Below are positions 9,101 to 19,274 of a stretch of 64,000 nucleotides of DNA, one piece after another. The notes beneath the pieces were generated by a model, which was not told the DNA's origin, did not search any database, and saw only the letters and a list, made by a program, of their open reading frames with translations. The position numbers were made by a program, and so were the translations under genes. The stretch lies in IMG/VR virus record IMGVR_UViG_3300046005_001513, positions 6,384-70,383 of that record; one strand, 5' to 3'. Within the stretch, counting starts at the first letter, position 1; every line of letters starts with the position of its first letter. This stretch comes from a virus.

Positions 9101-9374
9101 TTTAGTTAGAGAAGAAGACGGTTCAATCCGTTGGTGTGACAAAAACATTGCCAAACTTGGTTACTGGTGGACTGTAAAGCATTATTACCGTGTTGAGTAT
9201 TTCGTTGAAACATTGACTGAGTGTTGTGAATACATTTGGCAAGGACTACAAGCAACATTGGCAGTAGTAATCCTGCCCGTATTACCACTGATACTAGCGA
9301 ACACAAAGCTCAAAGAAGCTAAAGAAAATGTTGAGTATGAAAGAGTGTTCAACCGCGTGGGAGGTTCAAAATGA
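9093..9374 (+). CDS. hypothetical protein, possible TM segment
   Basis: GGGAG RBS; bounded by 17-bp direct repeat. Confidence 0.7.
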   Translation: MTDLVREEDGSIRWCDKNIAKLGYWWTVKHYYRVEYFVETLTECCEYIWQGLQATLAVVILPVLPLILANTKLKEAKENVEYERVFNRVGGSK

Positions 9375-9649
9375 CAATTAGACACACACCAGCACCTTGG
9401 CACTGCTACACAAAAGGTTCTGACATTTATGTTGAGGATGCAAAAGAACACGGAATCGCAAACATTAGACGTAATTTCGATTTACCGTTCAATGAGAAAA
9501 TGGCAAATGCGTATTTAATCACTGCTGCACCTGATTTGCTTGTGTCTTTGATTGCATTACTAAATGAAGATATGACTGAGCTTGAAATAGCATACTGGTA
9601 TGAAAAAGCCCGTGCTGCAATCGCTAAAGCAACAGGAGACATCACATGA
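9371..9649 (+). CDS. conserved phage protein (HTPxPW..ANAxLIxAAPDLL family)
   Basis: HTPAPW, ANAYLITAAPDLL, ARAAIAKATG. Confidence 0.85.
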   Translation: MTIRHTPAPWHCYTKGSDIYVEDAKEHGIANIRRNFDLPFNEKMANAYLITAAPDLLVSLIALLNEDMTELEIAYWYEKARAAIAKATGDIT

Positions 9650-9801
9650 GAACCACAATCTACATGGCAGGCATAGGCATCGGTGTGATGTTTGCTGATG
9701 TGTCAAATGGCACAAGTAATTTGGGGCTTCTAGCTACGATAATGTTCATCTTGTTGGGATCAGGGGCTATAGCATATGACGTAACGGAGGATGTAAAATG
9801 A
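9646..9801 (+). CDS. 51-aa membrane microprotein (not in ORF track)
   Basis: AGGAG RBS, two hydrophobic segments. Confidence 0.55.
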   Translation: MRTTIYMAGIGIGVMFADVSNGTSNLGLLATIMFILLGSGAIAYDVTEDVK

Positions 9802-9889
9802 TCCCTCATAGCAGAAGAATGTTACGCAAATTCCCATCGCCAAAAGATGATTGGGATATTACCAAGATACTAAAGTCGTTGAGGGGTGA

Positions 9890-10072
9890 GTGATGGAAGA
9901 TTTAATCAAAGTGTGGCTTCACGATCTTAATGTCTTAAAAGAAAAACTTTACGACATAGGGGATAAGAGTGATTCATTACAGTACAACTTGTTAAGCACT
10001 GAGGCATTGACTTTGGCAACGTGTATACTGGGGTTGCAACAACAAATTATTAACAATAACGGAGAGAATTAA
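9890..10072 (+). CDS. small hypothetical protein
   Basis: 60 aa, RBS. Confidence 0.6.
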   Translation: MMEDLIKVWLHDLNVLKEKLYDIGDKSDSLQYNLLSTEALTLATCILGLQQQIINNNGEN

Positions 10073-10073
10073 G

Positions 10074-12296
10074 ATGCACGTATTAAAGCGTAATGGGCAG
10101 TTAGAAAAGTTAGACATTGGTAAGATTCATCAAGCGGTAGAGTTTGCGAGTAAAGGGCTTGATGTATCGTTATCTGAGATTGAGACGGGCGCACACATTC
10201 AATTCTTTGATGGGATTAAAACGTCACAGATTCACACAGCGATTGTGAATAGTGCGGCGAGTATGATTGACGTGGGTAAGACAGATTACGAGTTCGCTGC
10301 GGCACGTTTATTGTTACAACAGGTTTACAAAGAAGTAACGAAAAGTAACGAATATCCAACGCTTTCTAATTACATTTCAAAAGCAATTGAGCTTGGAAAG
10401 ATCAAACCAGAAATGCAATCGTTTGATTTAGAAGTATTAAATTCAGCGATTGATGTCTCACGAGATATGTTATTCAAGTATTTGGGTATGCAAACGGTTT
10501 ATGATCGTTATCTAATCAGATCGGAAGGCAAGCCTATTGAAATGCCTCAGCATTTTTGGATGCGTGTTGCGATGGGGATTGCGTTAAATGAGCCTGTTGA
10601 AACCCGTACAAAGCATGCGATGGACTTTTACGAGGTACTGTCTAAGTTTGAGTTTGTTAGTTCTACCCCAACGCTTTTCAATTCTGGCACGCTCTTTTCA
10701 CAGATGTCATCATGTTTTGTGACTACGACTGATGACTCAATTTGGGAGGAGCAAGAGGGTGTGAATTTTGGCAAGGGTATCATGGCAACGATGGTAGAGT
10801 GTGGTTTGTACTCAAAGTTTGCGGGTGGTATTGGTACAGATTTTACCAGAGTTCGCTGTGCTGGAAGTGAAATCAAAACTACGGATGGCATTAGTTCGGG
10901 TGTTATTCCGTATTTGAAAGTGTTTAATGATACAGCGGTAGCTATAAATCAAAGCGGGAAACGAAATGGAAGTTTTGCTGCTTACCTTGAGCCTTGGCAT
11001 GGTGACGTTGAGCGTTTTATCAATTTGAAAAAGCCACAGGGTGATGAGCGTTTAAGAGCGCGTGAAATTTTTCCGTACTTGTGGATCAATGATCTGTTCA
11101 TGGAAAGAGTACGGGAAAAAGGTAAGTGGTCGCTTTTCTGCTCACATCGTAATCCTGAATTATGCGAGACATTTGGTGACGAGTTTAGACAAGCGTATTT
11201 AGCCGCAGAAGAGCGTGGTGACGCGGTTAAAGTTATTGAAGCTATGGAGTTATGGAAAAGCGTTATTACAGCGTTAGTTGAGTCAGGAGCGCCGTTAATC
11301 ACGTTCAAAGATGAACACAATCGCCGCAACCCACAGAGCCATGTTGGTGTGATTCGTAGCTCTAACTTATGTTCAGAAATCTCGTTAAACACTAGTGACA
11401 CAGAGTCAGCTGTGTGTAATTTAGGCTCAGTCAATGTGTCGGTAGTACGACCTGAAGACTTCTCACGTGTCATTCCGATTGCGATGAGAATGCTTGATAA
11501 CGTGATTGATTTGAATTTTTACCCAACTGAAAAAGCAAGACGTTCAAACTTGAAACATCGTCCAGTAGGATTGGGTTTAATGGGTTGGACGGATTATTTG
11601 GTAGGAAAAGGTATTGATTGGGAATCGTTGGAACATCTGAGAGAAACGGATAAAGTATTCGAGTTGTACTCTTACTGGGCGATTCGTTCATCGATGCAAC
11701 TTGCAATAGAAAAAGGTGCGTATGATTCGTTCATCGGGTCTTCATGGCATAATGGAATACTACCGATTGACACTGCAAGGGCGTTACCTGAAGAATGGTT
11801 ATCGGATGGAATTTGTCAGTGGAATGAATTACGCAAGGCAGTCAAGCAATACGGAATGAGAAATTCAAACTGTATGGCTATTGCGCCGACTGCGACGATA
11901 GCAAACATCGTTGGTACAACGCCTTGTATCGAACCGATTTACAAGCAGGTATTTGTCAAAGAAAACAAATCTGGCAAGTTCAAAGTTGTGGATCCAGCGA
12001 TGCGTCACAACCGTCCTGAATTGTGTAAAACATCGTTTGATATTGACCAGACATGGTTGATTAAGGCGGCTGCAGTAAGACAGAGATGGATTGATCAAGC
12101 TCAGTCGGTTAATTTATTCAAGAAAGCAAATGTGAAAGGTAACGTAATTTCTGAGTGGTATTTCTTGGCTTGGGAATTAGGATTGAAATCAACGTATTAC
12201 TTGAAGCAACAGATTTCAGAGTTATCACACAATGATGTTATCGAGCCAGTGTTATTATGCTCGATTGATAATCCTGAATGTACAGCATGTGAGTAA
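10074..12296 (+). CDS. nrdA: class I ribonucleotide reductase alpha subunit with ATP-cone
   Basis: VLKRNG ATP-cone, SSCF, NLCSEI, CNLGS, APTA, STYY, C-terminal CTACE. Confidence 0.97.
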   Translation: MHVLKRNGQLEKLDIGKIHQAVEFASKGLDVSLSEIETGAHIQFFDGIKTSQIHTAIVNSAASMIDVGKTDYEFAAARLLLQQVYKEVTKSNEYPTLSNYISKAIELGKIKPEMQSFDLEVLNSAIDVSRDMLFKYLGMQTVYDRYLIRSEGKPIEMPQHFWMRVAMGIALNEPVETRTKHAMDFYEVLSKFEFVSSTPTLFNSGTLFSQMSSCFVTTTDDSIWEEQEGVNFGKGIMATMVECGLYSKFAGGIGTDFTRVRCAGSEIKTTDGISSGVIPYLKVFNDTAVAINQSGKRNGSFAAYLEPWHGDVERFINLKKPQGDERLRAREIFPYLWINDLFMERVREKGKWSLFCSHRNPELCETFGDEFRQAYLAAEERGDAVKVIEAMELWKSVITALVESGAPLITFKDEHNRRNPQSHVGVIRSSNLCSEISLNTSDTESAVCNLGSVNVSVVRPEDFSRVIPIAMRMLDNVIDLNFYPTEKARRSNLKHRPVGLGLMGWTDYLVGKGIDWESLEHLRETDKVFELYSYWAIRSSMQLAIEKGAYDSFIGSSWHNGILPIDTARALPEEWLSDGICQWNELRKAVKQYGMRNSNCMAIAPTATIANIVGTTPCIEPIYKQVFVKENKSGKFKVVDPAMRHNRPELCKTSFDIDQTWLIKAAAVRQRWIDQAQSVNLFKKANVKGNVISEWYFLAWELGLKSTYYLKQQISELSHNDVIEPVLLCSIDNPECTACE

Positions 12297-12304
12297 GTAA
12301 ACTA

Positions 12305-12330
12305 GAGCCACATTCGTGTGGCTCATTTCA
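12305..12330 (+). terminator. hairpin/terminator after nrdA
   Basis: GAGCCACA-TTCG-TGTGGCTC, weak U tract. Confidence 0.55.
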
Positions 12331-12343
12331 AAAGGAGCTAGGA

Positions 12344-12706
12344 ATGACAGATTACGAGTTATTTTTGCAGGAGATGGGATTAAGTGAAGCTCAAGCAGAA
12401 AAGATCAAACAGAATCCGAAAGATCAAGTTGGAATGCCCCATGATGCGTTAGTAGTGGTAAGTGAGTCTAGCATATCGGGGATGGGCATATTTGTTAAGA
12501 AGGATGTGTACGCTGGAACGACATTATCAGCGGTTAGGGTGTGTGGATTTCGTACAGCAGCAGGGGCATATGTTAATCATGACGCAAAACCGAATGCGTT
12601 GATGGTAAAAGACAATGCAGGTAATATAAATTTAGTTGCGATAACTGACATTAAGAGTGGTGTTGAAGCAACTGTGTGCTATCGGCAATCAATGAGGTTA
12701 AGATGA
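12344..12706 (+). CDS. SET-domain protein (putative lysine methyltransferase)
   Basis: SSISGMGIF, YVNHDAKPNA, EATVCY SET motifs. Confidence 0.85.
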   Translation: MTDYELFLQEMGLSEAQAEKIKQNPKDQVGMPHDALVVVSESSISGMGIFVKKDVYAGTTLSAVRVCGFRTAAGAYVNHDAKPNALMVKDNAGNINLVAITDIKSGVEATVCYRQSMRLR

Positions 12707-12909
12707 CAGAAATTTTTTGCACAAGTTTTAATTGCTTGAAAAGGCATCAATGTAAAAAAGCTCTTCCAATCGAAGAGTTTAAATTAGCAAAGCCGTACTT
12801 GCATACTAACGGCTATTGTACTGGTTTTGTACCTGTAACTGAGGAGTGTGTAGTCACGAGGAGTTGGCTAGACCGTTTAATTGATTTAGACTGGCAATTT
12901 TGTAAGTAA
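12703..12909 (+). CDS. small Cys-rich hypothetical protein
   Basis: ATGA overlap; CTSFNC..QC..C. Confidence 0.6.
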   Translation: MTEIFCTSFNCLKRHQCKKALPIEEFKLAKPYLHTNGYCTGFVPVTEECVVTRSWLDRLIDLDWQFCK

Positions 12910-12923
12910 ATTTGGAGTTAAAA

Positions 12924-13415
12924 ATGAGTAATATCAAACAGTTTCCGACTAAAAAGAAGGAACTAGTAGAAGTTAAAGCCGTACCGAGTTACACGAATGG
13001 GTATTGGCATGAAGAAACGAGACCGTCAGACAAGGAGTTTGACAAAGGATATAAATTCTTACGATCTCATGATTATCGGGGGTCATTTGCAAGTTTGCCT
13101 GATAAGCCTGCAAGCGGGTGTAAGACAAAAGAAGAGATTTATAACACAGTAATTCCGATATACGATTTGGTTAAAGCGGCGGTTTTCATCCACGATATTC
13201 TTGACGATTCAGAAGCAAGTGAGTATTTATTGGGAAGATTCAAGCATTACTATGACAGACATGTCGTATTCATAAATTTAAAATGCCTGCCTGATGAGTA
13301 TATCGGGTTTATTGTTTTTATCGGGGAAGAGTTAAAAACAATGCTTTCAATGGGTCAGCATCCTGCTTCAAAAATCCTATGGAGATATGAACACTTGCAA
13401 ACCTGCTGGAAATAG
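12924..13415 (+). CDS. hypothetical protein
   Basis: GGAG RBS. Confidence 0.75.
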   Translation: MSNIKQFPTKKKELVEVKAVPSYTNGYWHEETRPSDKEFDKGYKFLRSHDYRGSFASLPDKPASGCKTKEEIYNTVIPIYDLVKAAVFIHDILDDSEASEYLLGRFKHYYDRHVVFINLKCLPDEYIGFIVFIGEELKTMLSMGQHPASKILWRYEHLQTCWK

Positions 13416-13427
13416 TTTGAAATTACG

Positions 13428-13455
13428 TCCCACATTCTCAGAGTGTGGGATTTTT
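13428..13455 (+). terminator. intrinsic terminator (also operator-like)
   Basis: TCCCACATTC-TCA-GAGTGTGGGA followed by TTTTT. Confidence 0.65.
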
Positions 13456-13471
13456 ATCAATTGGAGGAAAT

Positions 13472-14125
13472 ATGATTAGTTTTTTAAGGGATGACGAAGG
13501 ATGTCTGATACTTGCAGGATACACGGAAGATGGCGTTGCGTTGTACACATCAGAATGTCGCAGTTGCCATAAGATTTACAATTTATCAAATACAAAGAAA
13601 AGTTTCACTGCAAAATGCACGTGTGAGCGTGAGGATCGCTTATTAACAATAGGTGGTGTAACAAAGTCGATTACAGATTGGTGCATTGATAATCCAACTG
13701 TTTCTGAAAGCAGTGTGTATCAAAGGTTTCTATCAAGAAAAGCAGGTAAGCTAGAGTTATCTGATGTTGGTGTGCTGTTTGGAAAACGCAAAGAAACGGA
13801 GGTCTTGCATGTTGAGCCTATATCAAAAGCAACGTGGGAAAGGGAGTTAGCGGATGAAATCAACGCACGTATATCAAGCATGCCTCTCATGACTGCGATC
13901 ATACAAGCGGTAAAATTGGTAAGTCCTAGGATGTCTTTCGTACAGGAAGTCACTATGGTGTATAAAGAGTTTAGTGCAGCTGGGGTAGACTACACAATTG
14001 GTGGAACAACATTGCCTGAGTTATTCACAATGTATGACAACGACATTGATGCGATCATCATGTTATTACACGGTGAAGGGTTAACCGACACTGAAATTAG
14101 TAAATTAGTTAATTTAGGGGAATGA
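13472..14125 (+). CDS. hypothetical protein with Cys motifs and an HNH-associated DNA-binding-like segment
   Basis: ECRSC..CTC; LTIGGVTKSITDWC..VYQR resembles the C-terminus of 32574..33278. Confidence 0.65.
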   Translation: MISFLRDDEGCLILAGYTEDGVALYTSECRSCHKIYNLSNTKKSFTAKCTCEREDRLLTIGGVTKSITDWCIDNPTVSESSVYQRFLSRKAGKLELSDVGVLFGKRKETEVLHVEPISKATWERELADEINARISSMPLMTAIIQAVKLVSPRMSFVQEVTMVYKEFSAAGVDYTIGGTTLPELFTMYDNDIDAIIMLLHGEGLTDTEISKLVNLGE

Positions 14126-14126
14126 A

Positions 14127-14480
14127 ATGGTAGGCGTAGTCAAAACAGGAATCAAAGAAAGTGACGTATTGGTTTTATGTGATCCATTTGAAGAAAAGGT
14201 GGCAGAAGTTTTTTACATAAGAACTTTAACGGATGATAGACAGGTCGTAGTCAGTGACAGCGCAGGAAGGCTTTTCTCGCGTGATGATGGAAAATTGGAC
14301 ATGTGGGTTCACCCTTTAGTGATGCTTAGATTCCCTGCAGAAAACATGAGTGTAGCAACAAAATTTGGGTATAAAACAAAAGTTGAGTTGCATGTAAATG
14401 ACAATCACCGCATTCACTCAGCTCACAGACTTCGGAACAGCGAGTTGTACCAACAACTTCCAGCCTGGGCGAGGAGTTAA
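14127..14480 (+). CDS. hypothetical protein
   Basis: 117 aa, RBS. Confidence 0.7.
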   Translation: MVGVVKTGIKESDVLVLCDPFEEKVAEVFYIRTLTDDRQVVVSDSAGRLFSRDDGKLDMWVHPLVMLRFPAENMSVATKFGYKTKVELHVNDNHRIHSAHRLRNSELYQQLPAWARS

Positions 14481-14482
14481 GC

Positions 14483-17341
14483 ATGATCTTTTACTACAAA
14501 GTCACAGACGAAAAAGAGGGGGAAACTTGGAAACTTGGCTCCCAAGCGGAATTTGAAGAAATTAAGAATCTCTCTGCTAAACATATAGGGACTACGTTTA
14601 TCTCGGAAGAGCCTAATAACAATAACGCACCACTTTATGAAGGTGATTTTTGGTTAGACATTGACCATACGGCACCTGACGCGGGAAGTGAACTTGTAGC
14701 GATTGACAGATCAATTGAAGACGTTAGAAACATCCAGCTGTTCTTAAAAGTATTAGGTGTTGATGTAAATAGCTGTACGCTTTTCATCTCAGGTGGGAAA
14801 GGATTTCATATTCGCATCCCAATGGTATGTTTTGGTGGCGCGAAACACGCAAAACTCCCCAGGATTTACAAAGAAGTAGCGACAGAATTTCTCAGTAAAA
14901 CAGGGGCTTCAGGCATAGACCCATCTATGTACAACATGAGTAAGGGCAAGTTAATTCGTGTTGAGAATAAGCAAAGAAAGAATGGAAGATACAAAGTTCA
15001 AATCAGATGGAGTGACTTAGATACGCTGACACCTGAAGCCTACTTCCTTTTGGCATCTGCTCCAGGCATAGGCTATCCTGTTACTGCCCCTGTTGTTAAT
15101 AAGAACATGGTTAAGATGTTCAACGCAGCACAAAGGTGTGTAACAGATACGGAAAAGTTTGAAAGTGCTCCTGCGTTGGATGGTGAGTACATGAAGATTA
15201 TGGAAGGTGGTGTTACAAACTGCGGAAGGTCATTAGCACAGGGAACAAATTTCAGATCAAACGTAAACTTCAATTCAGCTAAGATGACGTTTGTGCGTTA
15301 CTTGGCTGTGAGTGGATTGCGTCAAAGAGAAAAAGATTTGCTGATCATAGAATTTAGTGAAAACTTTGTACGTAATAGCAAGGCAACACCACGAGATACT
15401 GAGGCAGCTGTTCGTTCAAGCATGAAGTTTGGGGAAGATGGCGCGGCAAATTTTAGTTGCAAGTGGATTAGAGGGACGTTAAAAGAAGATGTCTGTAGTG
15501 GATGTCCAGTTCAGGAGACCCGTGCGATTAAAATGTGTAACAGTGATAGGCTCAAGGTAGTCAACGGTTGTTACTTCAACTTGAATAAGCAGGGAGAGTT
15601 AAACGCATCAATCAGTCGTTTCACGATGAAAGCCCTCGAAGTGTCGTATGAAATTGATGAAAATGGAACTGAACGTGACATGGTATTTACAACAAATATC
15701 ATCAGTAACGATCCGAGTGTACGAACTAGGGTAATGGATTTAAGCTCAGATGTATTTTTGTCTAAGACAGCAATACAAAAAGCGTTAAAGAATTTACCAA
15801 TGGCAGAGTGGACGGGAAGTGACAATGAGGTACTGTACTTACGTGGCGTATTGACAAGTAATCTTGAAGAGGTAGAAAGAGTGATTAGGGTAAAAAAATT
15901 AGGGGTACAGCGAGTCATTGATAACACCCGTGACGAACCAATAGACGAGTATGTTTGGGTAGAAGACAACTGGAGCATGAACAAGTCGGGTGTTGCTAAG
16001 ACTGTAAAGTATCGTGGGATGTTACAAGAAGGTGAGAGCAGTGAAATGACATCATTGACGCTCAAACTTGAAGATGTTGAAGCGGTGGAAACAGAGCTGT
16101 CTGCTCGTGCGTTAGCAGCAATTTTTAAAAGCCGTGATGACATGACAATGGCGGTTTTCTTCGGTTGGATGGCATCTTGCTGGTTAAAACCGATGTTACA
16201 GTCACAGGCATATCGAGATTCATTTCCGCTTCTTCATGTGTACGGAGAACCAGGCGTTGGCAAGTCCGAAGCGTCAAAAGCTCTATCTATCTTTGCAGGA
16301 AATGATGGTGTAAACGGCAGTATTACTAGCGTTAACGGTAACACGGCATTTTTCTTAAAAGCTGAAGCGAGTACGACAACAAGCGTTCCTAGGATTATTG
16401 ATGAGTTTAATAAGCAAAAAATCCCAGCGGCGAAATACTTAGAAGTATTAGATACTTTAAAGATGGCAGGAACAAAAGGTAGTCGTGGGAACGGAAAAGT
16501 TAAAGAAGTTGGTGGGTCATCTAAAACGGTTACGGAAGTAACTGTGATGAGTAGCCCAATCGTCTACATGGGTACGGTTCAAACGGACGATGAAGAATTA
16601 CTACAGCGTTCACTTGTACTCGAGTTAACGAAAGATGGCGTGTTGAATGACAAGTCGATTAGCCAGAACTTTTACTTTGCTTGTGAACACAAAGAAGAAC
16701 TTTTCAGATATGCGAAGATGCTTATGCAGTACACCATTGCATTAACTCCTGAGCAATTGAAAGAGCAGTGGGCGAAAACATCGTGGGTTACAAATTCTGA
16801 GGATCCTAATCATATCAAAGACCACCGCAAAGCTAAGAGTTTGCAATGCGCTCATGTAGGATTAGAAATTGCTATCACTGCATTTAAAAATGCTGGTTGT
16901 TCTCAAGGAACAATTCAAATGATTGAGAATATGATCCCTTTGATTAAAGAATACCGTAATCATCCGTCATACCGATTCTTATTTGAAACACAGTTCAATG
17001 AGTCAGATCGTCTTGTTTCAAGATTGGTTGAGCTGACTATGGTGTATGATTCAAAAGGTGAGCCACTTTTGAAAAAGGGCGTACATTATACAGCAGACTC
17101 TCTGCACCTTCACATCAACATCATAGCATCATGGCACATTGTTTTTAAGTATTATGAGTCTATGAAATTTCAGGTAGAATTTACCACGCATAAGTCATTT
17201 TTAACCGCAACGGCTAAATCTGATTATTACAAAGGTACAGGCATTGCAAGTGGCGTAGCAGGTGTTGATTACTGGCATACTTTTAGCATTGCTGGTCTTC
17301 ATGAGAAAGGTATCAGTACAAGCGCATTACAACCGAAATAG
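14483..17341 (+). CDS. AEP-type primase fused to P-loop helicase
   Basis: WLDID, SGGKGFHI, Cys cluster FSC..CSGCP, Walker A GEPGVGKS, Walker B IIDE. Confidence 0.85.
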   Translation: MIFYYKVTDEKEGETWKLGSQAEFEEIKNLSAKHIGTTFISEEPNNNNAPLYEGDFWLDIDHTAPDAGSELVAIDRSIEDVRNIQLFLKVLGVDVNSCTLFISGGKGFHIRIPMVCFGGAKHAKLPRIYKEVATEFLSKTGASGIDPSMYNMSKGKLIRVENKQRKNGRYKVQIRWSDLDTLTPEAYFLLASAPGIGYPVTAPVVNKNMVKMFNAAQRCVTDTEKFESAPALDGEYMKIMEGGVTNCGRSLAQGTNFRSNVNFNSAKMTFVRYLAVSGLRQREKDLLIIEFSENFVRNSKATPRDTEAAVRSSMKFGEDGAANFSCKWIRGTLKEDVCSGCPVQETRAIKMCNSDRLKVVNGCYFNLNKQGELNASISRFTMKALEVSYEIDENGTERDMVFTTNIISNDPSVRTRVMDLSSDVFLSKTAIQKALKNLPMAEWTGSDNEVLYLRGVLTSNLEEVERVIRVKKLGVQRVIDNTRDEPIDEYVWVEDNWSMNKSGVAKTVKYRGMLQEGESSEMTSLTLKLEDVEAVETELSARALAAIFKSRDDMTMAVFFGWMASCWLKPMLQSQAYRDSFPLLHVYGEPGVGKSEASKALSIFAGNDGVNGSITSVNGNTAFFLKAEASTTTSVPRIIDEFNKQKIPAAKYLEVLDTLKMAGTKGSRGNGKVKEVGGSSKTVTEVTVMSSPIVYMGTVQTDDEELLQRSLVLELTKDGVLNDKSISQNFYFACEHKEELFRYAKMLMQYTIALTPEQLKEQWAKTSWVTNSEDPNHIKDHRKAKSLQCAHVGLEIAITAFKNAGCSQGTIQMIENMIPLIKEYRNHPSYRFLFETQFNESDRLVSRLVELTMVYDSKGEPLLKKGVHYTADSLHLHINIIASWHIVFKYYESMKFQVEFTTHKSFLTATAKSDYYKGTGIASGVAGVDYWHTFSIAGLHEKGISTSALQPK

Positions 17342-17349
17342 GAGATAAG

Positions 17350-18891
17350 ATGAAGTTAATTGAGTATTTTACAGAATCAGGGCTATCCGTTAAGGGTGTC
17401 CCTGCGTGGGCTGCGGAGGTGGTGATGAGTAAGACTCCTTTTGCACACCAGATTGAAGACTTGAAGTACATGGGGCACTTGCAGCGTTCTGGCTTGTATT
17501 CAGAACCTGGCACGGGAAAAACGTTACCAATGCAAGCGTATGGCATTTACAAAGCGTGTCAGGGCAGTAAGGGCATTTATATCATGCCACCAATCCTGAT
17601 CACGCAGTTTATGAACTCACTCAAGTTGAATTACAGTGGGATTGAAAACCATCTAAGTATTGTTGCGTATCATGGTAGTCCATCTGATCGTGAGAAGATG
17701 CTTAAAGAATGGGTAGAAAAAGATTTCCCCGACATTCTTGTGATGAGTAACGTCATGTTTGTGAAAGCTCCTGCTGAGTTTAAAGAGGCGGGTGCTGGTA
17801 AAGTGCGTAACAGATACAGATGGTTAGTCGTGGACGAAGCAACGTCTATTAAAACGCCGTCCTCGCACTTACACAAAACGGTTCTTGACTTTGTGCGGGG
17901 TGAGAAAGAAGCATGGAACAATCAAATAGTTTTAGCAACTGGAACTCCTGTCGAAACTAACGTAGAAGATTGTTACGGTCTAATACGAATTCTTGTACCC
18001 AATGCTTACACATCAATCAAGAATTTTGAGTACAACCACATAATCAAGTTCGGAATTTTCATACCATCAAAAGCTAGGGTTGTGCATCAAACTCAAGGGT
18101 ATAAGAACTTGGATTTACTTCATGATAATTTGTATGCAAGAGCACGCCGTGTGCTGAAATCAGATGTGTCTGATCTCCCACCCCGCTTGATTTCTGAGTA
18201 TGTCATAAATTTGTCTAAGCAGCATGCTCGTCTTTACAAAAAGCTCGTAGATGAAAGAATGGTAGAGATTGGCGAAGAAATGATTGACATGGTAACTGCT
18301 CAGGCGTTGTATCAGGCAACACAGCAAGTGCTATTGAATCCTGAGAAGTACGGGGAAGTCATCAAAGAAAATACATTGTTTGAAGCACTTGATGAAATTA
18401 TCAATGAGTTGGAAGGACGTAAAGTTTTAATTTACGCATGGTACAACGCATCAGTTGATACAATCTGTGAAAGATACGCGCACTTAAACCCTGTAAAAAT
18501 CAATGGCACAGTGACAGGGGATAAGCGTGAGCAAGCGAAACAGAGCTTTATCAATGACAAAGAATGCAAGCTATTAGTATCAAACCCGAAATCTGGTGGT
18601 GTGGGCATTGATGGATTGCAAGATGTTTGTAGCCATGTAATCTATGCGGAAGTATGTCCATTTATTGGTACGTTTCAGCAGTCAGTTGACAGACTACACC
18701 GTAAGGGGCAGAAAGCTGAGTCAGTGAATGTGTATGTGTTGGTTGCAAACAACACTGTTGCTGTAAAGCTACGGAATGACTTAGTCAAGAAGGACTCTTA
18801 CCAAGAATCAGTTATGAAAGATAAACGTGCGATATTAGCTGATTTACAAGGGGCGGATGGCATTCAGGGGAGTTTAGATGACGTAGATTAA
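17350..18891 (+). CDS. SNF2-family (SF2) helicase
   Basis: EPGTGKT, VVDEA, ATGTP, GGVGIDGLQ, QSVDRLHRKGQ. Confidence 0.92.
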   Translation: MKLIEYFTESGLSVKGVPAWAAEVVMSKTPFAHQIEDLKYMGHLQRSGLYSEPGTGKTLPMQAYGIYKACQGSKGIYIMPPILITQFMNSLKLNYSGIENHLSIVAYHGSPSDREKMLKEWVEKDFPDILVMSNVMFVKAPAEFKEAGAGKVRNRYRWLVVDEATSIKTPSSHLHKTVLDFVRGEKEAWNNQIVLATGTPVETNVEDCYGLIRILVPNAYTSIKNFEYNHIIKFGIFIPSKARVVHQTQGYKNLDLLHDNLYARARRVLKSDVSDLPPRLISEYVINLSKQHARLYKKLVDERMVEIGEEMIDMVTAQALYQATQQVLLNPEKYGEVIKENTLFEALDEIINELEGRKVLIYAWYNASVDTICERYAHLNPVKINGTVTGDKREQAKQSFINDKECKLLVSNPKSGGVGIDGLQDVCSHVIYAEVCPFIGTFQQSVDRLHRKGQKAESVNVYVLVANNTVAVKLRNDLVKKDSYQESVMKDKRAILADLQGADGIQGSLDDVD

Positions 18892-18900
18892 AATTAGTGT

Positions 18901-18929
18901 TTGCAACACGCTAGAGTGTGGGGTATAGT
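18901..18929 (+). promoter_or_regulatory. sigma70-like promoter containing a putative operator
   Basis: TTGCAA-17bp-TATAGT; spacer recurs inverted at 25405-25422. Confidence 0.65.
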
Positions 18930-18983
18930 CTTGCCCTTGAGAGGAAATCTCAAGGGTTTAACAATAATCAAATAGGGTGCAAA

Positions 18984-19247
18984 ATGGGTACGTACAAGGA
19001 TTTAGTAAGAGCAGTAGGGGATGCTTCAGGGCAAACGCAGGTAGTTGTTAATGATGTTTTGAGATTAACGTTTTCCATTATTCCCCGAATTGCTGGTGAA
19101 AAAGGATTACGTTTAGGTCGAATGGGCTTTGGTACATTCAAGATGGTAACAAGACATGCACGTGCTGGGCGAAATCCCCAGACGGGCGAACCAATCCAAA
19201 TCGCTGAGTCAACAAGATTGGCGTTTAAAGCAGTAAAAACTAAATAA
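18984..19247 (+). CDS. HU/IHF-family DNA-binding protein
   Basis: GFGTF..RHARAGRNPQTGEPIQIAE. Confidence 0.95.
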   Translation: MGTYKDLVRAVGDASGQTQVVVNDVLRLTFSIIPRIAGEKGLRLGRMGFGTFKMVTRHARAGRNPQTGEPIQIAESTRLAFKAVKTK

Positions 19248-19274
19248 CTTAAAATCTAAAATCAGAGAATTAAA

